Source: Candidatus Micrarchaeota archaeon (GTDB lineage Archaea > B1Sed10-29 > WALL01 > WAMD01). Taken from it: a stretch of 15,061 bases of DNA. Both the position numbers and the translations under genes were made by a program. Under the pieces are notes generated by a model that was not told where the DNA came from, made no database searches, and was given only the letters and a program-made list of their open reading frames with translations. This document shows positions 1 through 7,000 of this stretch, piece by piece. Every line of letters begins with the position of its first letter. Position 1 is the stretch's first letter. The DNA lies in contig CAZZDL010000019.1 in assembly GCA_964652335.1 (NCBI GenBank), positions 1 to 15,061 of the forward strand, read 5' to 3'.

Positions 1-852
1 AGTAACAAGTTTGTCAGGGAATCAAAATATCCTGAAGATATCTTGGTAGAAGGAGGCTGTGAGCTGAGTAATGGCAAGATATGTGATGCTGACCAAATAG
101 TGGCCTACATAGGTTACATAATAAATGATGTTGAGAATAGTGATACACACTCTGGAGTATATGGACCGGTAGCACTAGGGAAAGAGAATCTGAATACAAA
201 AACAATCAAAGATATACTTGCGGTGCTTGGCAAAGAGATGACAGTGTGTTCGCCAAACGAAGATGCTGGGTGTGGAAAAAGAGGTGAAAGAGAGCTAATC
301 TTAAATACTACTCTATTATCGTGTGGAAATCTGTCATTCATTGCTGCACTAACACCGCAGGGAGACATAGATATCCACGTGAGCAATGAAAGTGCACCTT
401 GGTGTAATAGTCTGTCTACACAAAACGGTCTTGCCTTGCTTGGAATGCTAAACTACGATGGGTGGTCTAGATCTGAATCACTAATAACAACGAACCATTT
501 CGTGCTCAGTGGAGATGACGCAAGCGAACTAATTGAAGGGTTAGATGACCTAGGAGGAACCAAATTAGAAGATACATTTGGTTCATACTCTGGAGTTAGC
601 TCAGACGACTGGTCGGCCTTAACAACCGGGCTGAACCCTGCTTACATAATCCAATATGAGGAAACCGATAACATTTCATCATGGACATTCAAATGCGATA
701 GCACGACTGGGGATTACTTCTACATACTAGACAATGGGAATTCTGTCAGTATATATGTAAACTCCACAGCAATTGGCAGTACACAAGGGACAAATCAAGC
801 TGTGCTAACATTCTTGTACAACTGGCTAACAGGACAGGCCAGCTGCCAATAG
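1..852 (+). CDS. C-terminal part of a large acidic, Ser/Thr/Gly/Cys-rich, probably extracellular or surface protein (5'-truncated by the window)
   Basis: Frame 1 is open from base 1 (SNKFVRESKYPEDILVEGGC...) to TAG at 850-852. Scattered Cys, several N-x-S/T sequons and no TM segment in the visible part. Confidence 0.7.
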   Translation, partial: SNKFVRESKYPEDILVEGGCELSNGKICDADQIVAYIGYIINDVENSDTHSGVYGPVALGKENLNTKTIKDILAVLGKEMTVCSPNEDAGCGKRGERELILNTTLLSCGNLSFIAALTPQGDIDIHVSNESAPWCNSLSTQNGLALLGMLNYDGWSRSESLITTNHFVLSGDDASELIEGLDDLGGTKLEDTFGSYSGVSSDDWSALTTGLNPAYIIQYEETDNISSWTFKCDSTTGDYFYILDNGNSVSIYVNSTAIGSTQGTNQAVLTFLYNWLTGQASCQ

Positions 853-858
853 AATAGC

Positions 859-865
859 TTTTAAA
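859..865 (+). promoter_or_regulatory. Putative archaeal TATA box for the small membrane-protein operon
   Basis: TTTTAAA about 24-30 nt upstream of ATG 889, in a 36-nt intergenic gap. Confidence 0.5.
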
Positions 866-888
866 TGTAGCTAGCATTAATAGGAACG

Positions 889-1320
889 ATGATGAAGGCA
901 GCGTTCCTGGACAGTCTAATCGGAAAGCTTCTTGGGCTTGGACCAATAGCTAGCTTACTGGAAAAGGTAAACCTAGTAATGCTCGGATTAAAGATTGTGG
1001 TCCTGCTTTTTGTCGTTGGATGGGTAAGGACACATGTGGGTGGAGGAAGACTAGGAACATTTGTCCTGCTATTGGTTGGTTATCTGATACTATTCCCATA
1101 CTGGTATTTATTCGGGCCGCTTGCGATATTGTACCTGCTAGCAATAACCGGAGTTACTGGGCTAGCCATGGATATCGTCTTCACTCACCAGGCATATAAT
1201 CCATTTGGCCCTGGAACGCCAACAGTAGGAGAAGAGAGAGCTGCCTATCTTAACAACCCTGCAATGGGACTTCAGTCAAAAATAACCCAAATGTTTAGAA
1301 AAAAGATTGGGGGACGATAA
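889..1320 (+). CDS. Small polytopic membrane protein, paralog family A (W-x9-[LI][GS]-x8-Y)
   Basis: 143 aa with about 3 hydrophobic segments. WVRTHVGGGRLGTFVLLLVGY aligns without gaps to the next two ORFs. Its stop abuts the next ATG. Confidence 0.85.
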   Translation: MMKAAFLDSLIGKLLGLGPIASLLEKVNLVMLGLKIVVLLFVVGWVRTHVGGGRLGTFVLLLVGYLILFPYWYLFGPLAILYLLAITGVTGLAMDIVFTHQAYNPFGPGTPTVGEERAAYLNNPAMGLQSKITQMFRKKIGGR

Positions 1321-1659
1321 ATGAACAAAGGTTTTCTTCCTGCGTCTCCATTGCTTGCTTTGATCTTGCTATTGATAACATTCGCCGTAGTTATAATAGG
1401 GCCAGCAGTAGCTGTACACATATCTCCCACAATAAGGATAATATTCCAATTCGTAATAGCAGTAACGATATACAACTGGGTAAAGAATACTGTGGGCCCA
1501 GGCATTCTGTCTCTCGTTATATCTGCTGTTCTCATATACATATTTGTCATAATGCTTCCTGGCTTCACTGCGTCGTTATGGGCGACTTACTACGTTCTTG
1601 GGCTTGGGATAGCATCAATGCTTATATGGGGATTCACACTGTTCAGTGGGAGAATGTAG
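1321..1659 (+). CDS. Small polytopic membrane protein, family A, with a class III signal-like N-terminus
   Basis: 112 aa, about 4 TM. TAA|ATG junction with GGGGGA upstream. Motif WVKNTVGPGILSLVISAVLIY. N-terminus MNKG/FLPASPLLALILLL. Confidence 0.85.
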   Translation: MNKGFLPASPLLALILLLITFAVVIIGPAVAVHISPTIRIIFQFVIAVTIYNWVKNTVGPGILSLVISAVLIYIFVIMLPGFTASLWATYYVLGLGIASMLIWGFTLFSGRM

Positions 1660-1735
1660 GTCTTATTTCCCAAATCCTTTTATTTAACTAGATTATTATT
1701 TCTAGTAACACAGCTAGCATTACATTGGCCTTTGG

Positions 1736-1743
1736 TTTAAATA
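1736..1743 (+). promoter_or_regulatory. Putative TATA box (internal promoter)
   Basis: TTTAAATA about 32-39 nt upstream of ATG 1775, which is preceded by the SD GGTGGTGA. Confidence 0.5.
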
Positions 1744-1774
1744 GAATGAAATAAAACTAGATAATGGTGGTGAA

Positions 1775-1999
1775 ATGGGGGACTTAATTACTGACCTTCA
1801 GATGGCTCTGATAATAATTGTATTTGTATATGTAATAGCATGGGCCACTGAACTGACAAAGTCTAAGAAAATTGGTGTTATACTAGCGCTAATAATAGTT
1901 TACCTAACAGTTTACCAGCATTTCTCGCTATTACTTATAGTGATCGTTCTATTCTTCGGATATGCATTTTGGGACAAGTTTACCGCTCAACTGGAGTGA
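1775..1999 (+). CDS. Small membrane protein, family A
   Basis: 74 aa, about 3 hydrophobic segments, SD GGTGGTGA. Motif WATELTKSKKIGVILALIIVY. Confidence 0.85.
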   Translation: MGDLITDLQMALIIIVFVYVIAWATELTKSKKIGVILALIIVYLTVYQHFSLLLIVIVLFFGYAFWDKFTAQLE

Positions 2000-2005
2000 T
2001 GCTAA

Positions 2006-2293
2006 ATGGACACAACCACACTAATGATATTCCTGCTGCTCCTGGCACTAGCAATCAGCGCAGATCAAATGTGGATAGCTATTGGAATTGCAATAGTCAT
2101 AGCTATATCTGTTAGGTCCCTCACCTTGGGAATAATAATACTTGCAGGGACGGGGTTGATGCTGTTCCTGAAATCACAGGTTGAATTCTGGTGGGTCATT
2201 TTGGGGTTGATAATGCTATTCGCATTCCTAATGAACAGAAGCGAAGGCGCAGGTCCAGAAATGTACACACCACAGATGCTATTTGGAGGATAA
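2006..2293 (+). CDS. Small membrane protein (about 4 short TM); N-terminal hairpin with a W-I-A motif like family B
   Basis: 95 aa, SD GGAG(TGA) upstream. QMWIAIGIAIVIA resembles WMWLAAIGIALLIA of the next gene. Confidence 0.85.
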   Translation: MDTTTLMIFLLLLALAISADQMWIAIGIAIVIAISVRSLTLGIIILAGTGLMLFLKSQVEFWWVILGLIMLFAFLMNRSEGAGPEMYTPQMLFGG

Positions 2294-2295
2294 AA

Positions 2296-2619
2296 ATGAT
2301 TGAATTACTCATAATAGTCGGGATGGTGATAGTCGGGATATATCTCAGATGGATGTGGCTAGCGGCTATTGGAATAGCACTGCTAATAGCGTATCTGTTC
2401 GCGGCTACAAGCAAGAAGGCTAGGGCTCCAACTGGTGGGAAAAAACCAAAAATAAGGCCTATAATCGTTAAGAGAAGATATGACGTGGAGTCAATATATC
2501 CATCAAAAATGTCAATAAGACTAAATCCACATTACTACACTGGTGCGTGGTGGGAATTCGCTCAAGAGAGGCTTGGTTTGTTCGCAGCTAGCATGATCAA
2601 TTGGTGGAGGAAGCGATAA
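2296..2619 (+). CDS. 2-TM membrane protein with conserved PxKMxxxxNP motif, family B
   Basis: Start re-called at ATG 2296 (SD GGAGG at 2285-2289) rather than 2191. 107 aa: TM hairpin, basic linker, PIIVKRRYDVESIYPSKMSIRLNPHY and an amphipathic C-terminal helix. Confidence 0.85.
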   Translation: MIELLIIVGMVIVGIYLRWMWLAAIGIALLIAYLFAATSKKARAPTGGKKPKIRPIIVKRRYDVESIYPSKMSIRLNPHYYTGAWWEFAQERLGLFAASMINWWRKR

Positions 2620-3029
2620 TGGATAAATGGGTCTCAATATTGATGTTAGGGATATTGGTGCTTTCCTTGTACAAGGGCATGACATGGCTAGCTGGAGCGA
2701 TAGGTATAGTCATTGTATTGGCATTTATTGGAGAAAGACCTAGAAAACCAGTCGCTCCTGCGGGGGGAGCCGCTCAGGCAAAAGAAGAGGAAGAAGTACT
2801 TACTCCAGTAATTGTAACAGATGCAGGAGAGCCGCCCTATCTATATCCCCCTAAAATGATAGTAAAGGTAAATCCAAAATGGGGTTCATTTAATTTCTTT
2901 GAAAATGCTGCCCTTGGTATAGCGGGATTCCTTAATTTAGTGTCAAAAACAGCCACTGGCAAGAGACTGCCTGGATATAAGTATGAAAAAAGATGGGGTG
3001 TTGATAAAATACTATCAAAGAAATCTTGA
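2619..3029 (+). CDS. 2-TM membrane protein, family B
   Basis: Start at ATG 2619 overlapping the upstream TAA (TAATG), SD GGAGG at 2606-2610. 136 aa. Motif PVIVTDAGEPPYLYPPKMIVKVNPKW. Confidence 0.85.
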   Translation: MDKWVSILMLGILVLSLYKGMTWLAGAIGIVIVLAFIGERPRKPVAPAGGAAQAKEEEEVLTPVIVTDAGEPPYLYPPKMIVKVNPKWGSFNFFENAALGIAGFLNLVSKTATGKRLPGYKYEKRWGVDKILSKKS

Positions 3030-3038
3030 GGTGGATGA

Positions 3039-3392
3039 ATGGATTTGGATGACATGGCTATAATGTTCGGGTTGCTTGTCTTGATATGGATGCTTGGATA
3101 CAGATCAATAGCCATTGTTGTATTTGTCCTTTTCATAATAGTGAGCTTCTTCGCAAGGAGACCATCGCCAGAAAGGAGAGTAGTAGAAGGTCTAAAAGTC
3201 CAGGGGGCAGAAGTATTGGAACCAATAGTAATAGAAACTGTGAGAAAGCCTCCATTTAGGATACCAAAAAAGATGGACCTTGGTGTAAATCCAACCTGGA
3301 GCTCAAAGCTCTGGAGGGAAAAGGTAGTTGCGGATGGGTTAGCTAGCATCGGTGGGGCTTTCATAAAACTGTTTGGAGGTAGAAGGAGTTGA
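3039..3392 (+). CDS. 2-TM membrane protein, family B
   Basis: 117 aa, SD GAGGTGG. Motif PIVIETVRKPPFRIPKKMDLGVNPTW. Confidence 0.85.
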   Translation: MDLDDMAIMFGLLVLIWMLGYRSIAIVVFVLFIIVSFFARRPSPERRVVEGLKVQGAEVLEPIVIETVRKPPFRIPKKMDLGVNPTWSSKLWREKVVADGLASIGGAFIKLFGGRRS

Positions 3393-3892
3393 TCTGGCAG
3401 ATATTTGGGCTTGCGTTAATAGCAATATCTGCTGTATTCGCCCAGTGGTGGCTAGCAGCATTGGGTATTGTCATTTTTATTCTCTCCTCAATACCTATCA
3501 AAAGAGTCCCGTCTGGGGCGTCAGTCAGGAAAACAAAGTTAAAACATAAATTGATCCAAGCGCCACAGGAGGCATGGGAAGGTGATGAAATGGCTACATT
3601 TATGGCAATGCAAATGGGGCCTCCAATATTCTCTGACGTAGATATGTTTTACCCTCTAGCAGAATCTGGGAAAGCATTCGGAACAAACCCATTAGCAATG
3701 GGAATAACCAGAAGAATGTTACCCTTTCCAAACTACGGCGAGTCCTCAATATTGCAGAGACTATTTGCTGGATTGATCATACCTATAGATTCTGTTCTGT
3801 TTTCAAAAACATATGGATATAAATTTGGAAATAGAAAGTTAAAAGGTAATGTAAATAATTGGGTCGTTGGCGGAGAGAACAAGATTAGGTGA
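3389..3892 (+). CDS. 2-TM membrane protein with a family-B-like N-terminal hairpin (WWLAALGI) and a divergent cytoplasmic domain
   Basis: TTG start overlapping the upstream TGA (TTGA), AGGAG just upstream. 167 aa. Confidence 0.75.
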   Translation: MIWQIFGLALIAISAVFAQWWLAALGIVIFILSSIPIKRVPSGASVRKTKLKHKLIQAPQEAWEGDEMATFMAMQMGPPIFSDVDMFYPLAESGKAFGTNPLAMGITRRMLPFPNYGESSILQRLFAGLIIPIDSVLFSKTYGYKFGNRKLKGNVNNWVVGGENKIR

Positions 3893-3898
3893 TTATGA

Positions 3899-4516
3899 AT
3901 GAGAAAGTACCTAATATCGGGATTTATTGTAATGATCTTATTCATTCTATTTGCATTTGCAGATAACGGGAATTACATCCCTGAAAAGGGTTGCTGGGTT
4001 TATCCAGACAAACTAATATGTATAAGTCAAAGCCAAGTGAATACTACTGTTTTCATAAAAAATGTGTCCTGTTATTCCACAGATGTGTATGGGACAGGAA
4101 ACCTAATCCAACTCCCGTGCATAGCTAATGGTGAAATGAGACCAACAACTGTAGAAGTATGCTATAAGCTATTACCATATGAAAATGGTAACCCAAAAAT
4201 AGAAGAATATAATCCAAGATACAACTGCAAAAACGAAACATGGGAAGGCAAAGTTCAACTCCACATCCCAAGAGAGATAATTCCGTGGGAGTGCAACGAA
4301 GAAGAAATAGATAATGTTACGACTGCTTGCTTTATAGAACCAAACGCAGACTACGTCATAAATGGCATGGGAAACGATGTAAACGGGACTAAGGTTATCT
4401 ACGTCAACAGTATTGAATCTCCAAAAATAAGGATAGATCTAATTATCGGCGGAATAATCGGGCTAGCTATTGTGATCCTCGTTTATAGAAGGACAAAGAA
4501 AAGTCAAGTTACTTAA
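3899..4516 (+). CDS. Secreted, C-terminally membrane-anchored Cys-rich surface protein
   Basis: Signal peptide MRKYLISGFIVMILFILFAFA, 8 Cys, several N-x-T/S sequons, C-terminal TM LIIGGIIGLAIVILVY followed by RRTKK. SD GGTGA. Confidence 0.8.
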   Translation: MRKYLISGFIVMILFILFAFADNGNYIPEKGCWVYPDKLICISQSQVNTTVFIKNVSCYSTDVYGTGNLIQLPCIANGEMRPTTVEVCYKLLPYENGNPKIEEYNPRYNCKNETWEGKVQLHIPREIIPWECNEEEIDNVTTACFIEPNADYVINGMGNDVNGTKVIYVNSIESPKIRIDLIIGGIIGLAIVILVYRRTKKSQVT

Positions 4517-4979
4517 CGCTCTCCCTAGCTAAAATACTCCTACTAACCTCTAATAGATCCTCCTGCAATTTCTTTATGGCCATCACTACTGGCTTTATCT
4601 CCAATAACAATTGCTTCACTTCTGCTATCTCTGCTTTAAGTTCTGCCAGATCCTCAAGTCTTGCCTCTATCTCTCCGTGTTTCTCATGAAGTAAATCTAC
4701 TTTTGTATGAAGCCTCTCAAAATGATCCTCTGTCTCTCCCAGTTTTTCAACTACTGGCTTAACAGCTTGACCAGTTTCCATAGCTTCCCTAAGAGCAGAT
4801 ACCTCTTTATGCACATCAACAGTATTGGGCATAAGTCCTGCCTCGGATATTATGAGGCTGATATCATCCTTTGCTATTCCCATTTGTTCAAGATTCTCCT
4901 TTATCTGATCAACAGCCAATCCTTGATCATGCATACTCTTGACAAGGCCAGCCAATCGTTTCAGTGTAGCTTCGTCCAT
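4509..4979 (-). CDS. Soluble protein: small N-terminal helical domain plus long coiled coil
   Basis: 156 aa, SD GAGGGAG. Heptad pattern in FERLHTKVDLLHEKHGEIEARLEDLAELKAEIAEVKQLL. Confidence 0.8.
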   Translation of the reverse strand: MDEATLKRLAGLVKSMHDQGLAVDQIKENLEQMGIAKDDISLIISEAGLMPNTVDVHKEVSALREAMETGQAVKPVVEKLGETEDHFERLHTKVDLLHEKHGEIEARLEDLAELKAEIAEVKQLLLEIKPVVMAIKKLQEDLLEVSRSILARESVK

Positions 4980-5076
4980 AACATCTCCCTCAAATCTTTA
5001 TTAACTCCATTACCATTAAAACTTATGTATATCATATATAAATAGTCTTACCGTTTATAGCTTTGGGGGAATAAAT

Positions 5077-6531
5077 ATGTTAGACTTGCCGTATGGACCA
5101 TGGAAGCCAATACTATCTGGGAACTGGAGTGGAATAGACGTCACGTATTATGAAAATCCTGATAAGGAATTACTAATATGCATATTTGATAAAAAAGCAG
5201 AGAAGATTGCCGGATTAGTTATGCTCGTAGCCAAATTCTTCATACCACATGGGAACGCATCTGGACTTGTGGAAAAATTCCCATCTGGAAATTTGGTCCA
5301 CCTAACAAAGAAGACGCCCAATTTATTACTAGATTACATTGGCCTTGTTAGCGATCCTGTTTACGTTCAATTTGAGCCAAGGGAGATAATCATAAAATTT
5401 AACAAAATGTATAACTCTGTTCAAGAGAATGCTAGAGAATTAAGAAAACTAGCAAGGGAGCACCAGATTCCAATAATAGAACTGAAAAATGCTAATGAAG
5501 AGGTAATACACAGATTATTTGGTGAGCCTCTAGCATTACCAACATTAATAGTGAGAAAACCAGGGCAAGGAACCATGCTGGAGATAAAGCTTGGAAAGAT
5601 GAAATTAGGGTTGAAAGTCACTGGGGAGATAGCGGAGGAGCCTGTGCAAGAGCTGGCGTTTACTATAATATCTGGTGAATCTAAGAGACTGACCCATGTC
5701 GTAGTGGAGGAAGCTGTACTTAATGGAGTTACCATGATAGTATTTGACAAAACAGGCGAGTATCTAGCCATGAGAAACCCTAGCCAGAGCACAGAGGGAT
5801 ACGAAAAATTTGAAATATCTCAGCCAATGGGAATGCCAATGAGGAGAATGGAGCCTGGCGTTGACGTGTTCATTGAACCAGGATTCTTTGAGAAAAAATG
5901 TTGGACAGAATTCCTAGGGCTAGACAATGAGACTGCCACGGTAATTGGAGAAATTCTAAAAGAAAAACCAGAAACACTTGACGAAGTTCTAGAAGCAATA
6001 GAAAAAATAAAGCCAAAAAAGTTTATCCATGAAAGGCTAACCATGATGGTAAGCTTAATAAAAGAATTCTATGGAGACCTGTTCAGGGAAAAGAACGATG
6101 GAAGGGAACTAATTGCTCCATGGCTAAAGAAAATAGGTAGGATAACTTGCATAGATTTGTCTGACCTTGATGAAAGAATGGGTGGAGCAATAATGTTTTC
6201 TGTAATAAAAGCCGTCGAGCGGTTCCTAAAATCAGAAAGACCATCTAGAGAAGTTAGATCGGCCACCCTGGTAGAAGTTCCAAAGGATAAAGGCCCTGTT
6301 TTTGAGGAAATATCAAAAACAATGAAAGTTCTATCCGCAAACTATGGACACGGATTTGTGTGCAAGATAGAAAAGGAAGAATGGGTGGAAGATGATATGA
6401 TTCAAGCGGCCATGCTAAGATGTGTTGGTGTTAAGGAAGGAGAGGCCATTATAATCCCACACGGGAAAAAGCCATATAGAATACATGTGAGGCCTACCCT
6501 TTCTTCGTTTGAGAAAGCCTCTCGTCAATAG
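5077..6531 (+). CDS. HerA/FtsK/VirB4-superfamily-like protein with degenerate ATPase motifs (probable pseudo-ATPase)
   Basis: VVVEEAVLNGVTMIVFDKTGEY, ITCIDLSDL, GEAII and PYRIHVRP match the HerA/DUF87 pattern in the correct order. The Walker A, Walker B and Arg-finger positions are substituted. Confidence 0.7.
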   Translation: MLDLPYGPWKPILSGNWSGIDVTYYENPDKELLICIFDKKAEKIAGLVMLVAKFFIPHGNASGLVEKFPSGNLVHLTKKTPNLLLDYIGLVSDPVYVQFEPREIIIKFNKMYNSVQENARELRKLAREHQIPIIELKNANEEVIHRLFGEPLALPTLIVRKPGQGTMLEIKLGKMKLGLKVTGEIAEEPVQELAFTIISGESKRLTHVVVEEAVLNGVTMIVFDKTGEYLAMRNPSQSTEGYEKFEISQPMGMPMRRMEPGVDVFIEPGFFEKKCWTEFLGLDNETATVIGEILKEKPETLDEVLEAIEKIKPKKFIHERLTMMVSLIKEFYGDLFREKNDGRELIAPWLKKIGRITCIDLSDLDERMGGAIMFSVIKAVERFLKSERPSREVRSATLVEVPKDKGPVFEEISKTMKVLSANYGHGFVCKIEKEEWVEDDMIQAAMLRCVGVKEGEAIIIPHGKKPYRIHVRPTLSSFEKASRQ

Positions 6532-6937
6532 CCTCTTTTAGCTGGTTTATTGTAACTAGTTCCATTGGATTGATAGAGTCTACAACGTACTTTACCTCAT
6601 CTAGATCTGACCTAAGGTCTGCAATCTGATCCTCTATCCTATCTAACCTGGCTTTTATTTCAGATAGGTCAACCGAGCCTGTCTTGGGTAGCTTCTTTGA
6701 TATCTCTTCTATTATTTCCTCTTTGCTGAACGCTGGCCCTCCGCCCATCTCCTCCAGTTCCTTCAGCTTTTTATTATGGGAAACTACTGTCCTAGCCATT
6801 ATCTGGAGATTATTTTCTAAAACCTTAATTCTCTGGGCAAGAAGCCTAAGCTTTGAGTCTAGTATGTTTATTGTTCTAGCCACAGATACTGGCTTAGCTT
6901 GAGTCTGTCTAACTGGTCTAGTATGTCTGTCAACCAT
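6494..6937 (-). CDS. Coiled-coil protein with C-terminal P-x-E-L-V-T motif
   Basis: 147 aa, SD AGGTGG. Two heptad stretches (LDSKLRLLAQRIKVLENNL and LSEIKARLDRIEDQIADLRSDLDEV). Overlaps the convergent gene by 38 nt. Confidence 0.8.
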   Translation of the reverse strand: MVDRHTRPVRQTQAKPVSVARTINILDSKLRLLAQRIKVLENNLQIMARTVVSHNKKLKELEEMGGGPAFSKEEIIEEISKKLPKTGSVDLSEIKARLDRIEDQIADLRSDLDEVKYVVDSINPMELVTINQLKEAIDERLSQTKKG

Positions 6938-6971
6938 AGAACCACCTAATCTTAAAGACTAGGGAATAGAG

Positions 6972-6989
6972 TTATAAAAAGCTTTTTCC
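6972..6989. promoter_or_regulatory. Compact bidirectional promoter between the coiled-coil gene and polB
   Basis: TTATAAAA about 22-29 nt before polB ATG 7001 (leaderless spacing). The minus strand reads GGAAAAAGCTTTTTATAA, a BRE-TATA pattern. Confidence 0.55.
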
Positions 6990-7000
6990 TAGATTTTAAT

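Noticed and set aside
2282..2293. C-terminal di-glycine (LFGG) suggesting a ubiquitin/SAMP-like modifier
   Set aside because: The GGA GGA codons are the Shine-Dalgarno site of the next gene, and the protein is a membrane protein with no beta-grasp features. The GGR/GGRRS ends of neighbouring genes have the same explanation.
2837..3364. 175-aa antisense ORF and other shadow ORFs (e.g. 4707-5045, 5421-5792, 11059-11538)
   Set aside because: They are antisense to well-supported genes with SDs and motifs, and have the F/S/I-rich composition typical of the reverse complement of purine-rich coding DNA.
889..3892. Interpretation as energy-converting hydrogenase/Mrp or A-type ATPase membrane subunits
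   Set aside because: No antiporter-size subunit, no Fe-S or NiFe Cys motifs, no conserved intramembrane Glu, and no catalytic subunits in the neighbourhood.
6976..6987. Perfect palindrome AAAAAGCTTTTT as an operator
   Set aside because: Low complexity, and explained by a standard BRE-TATA sequence on the minus strand.
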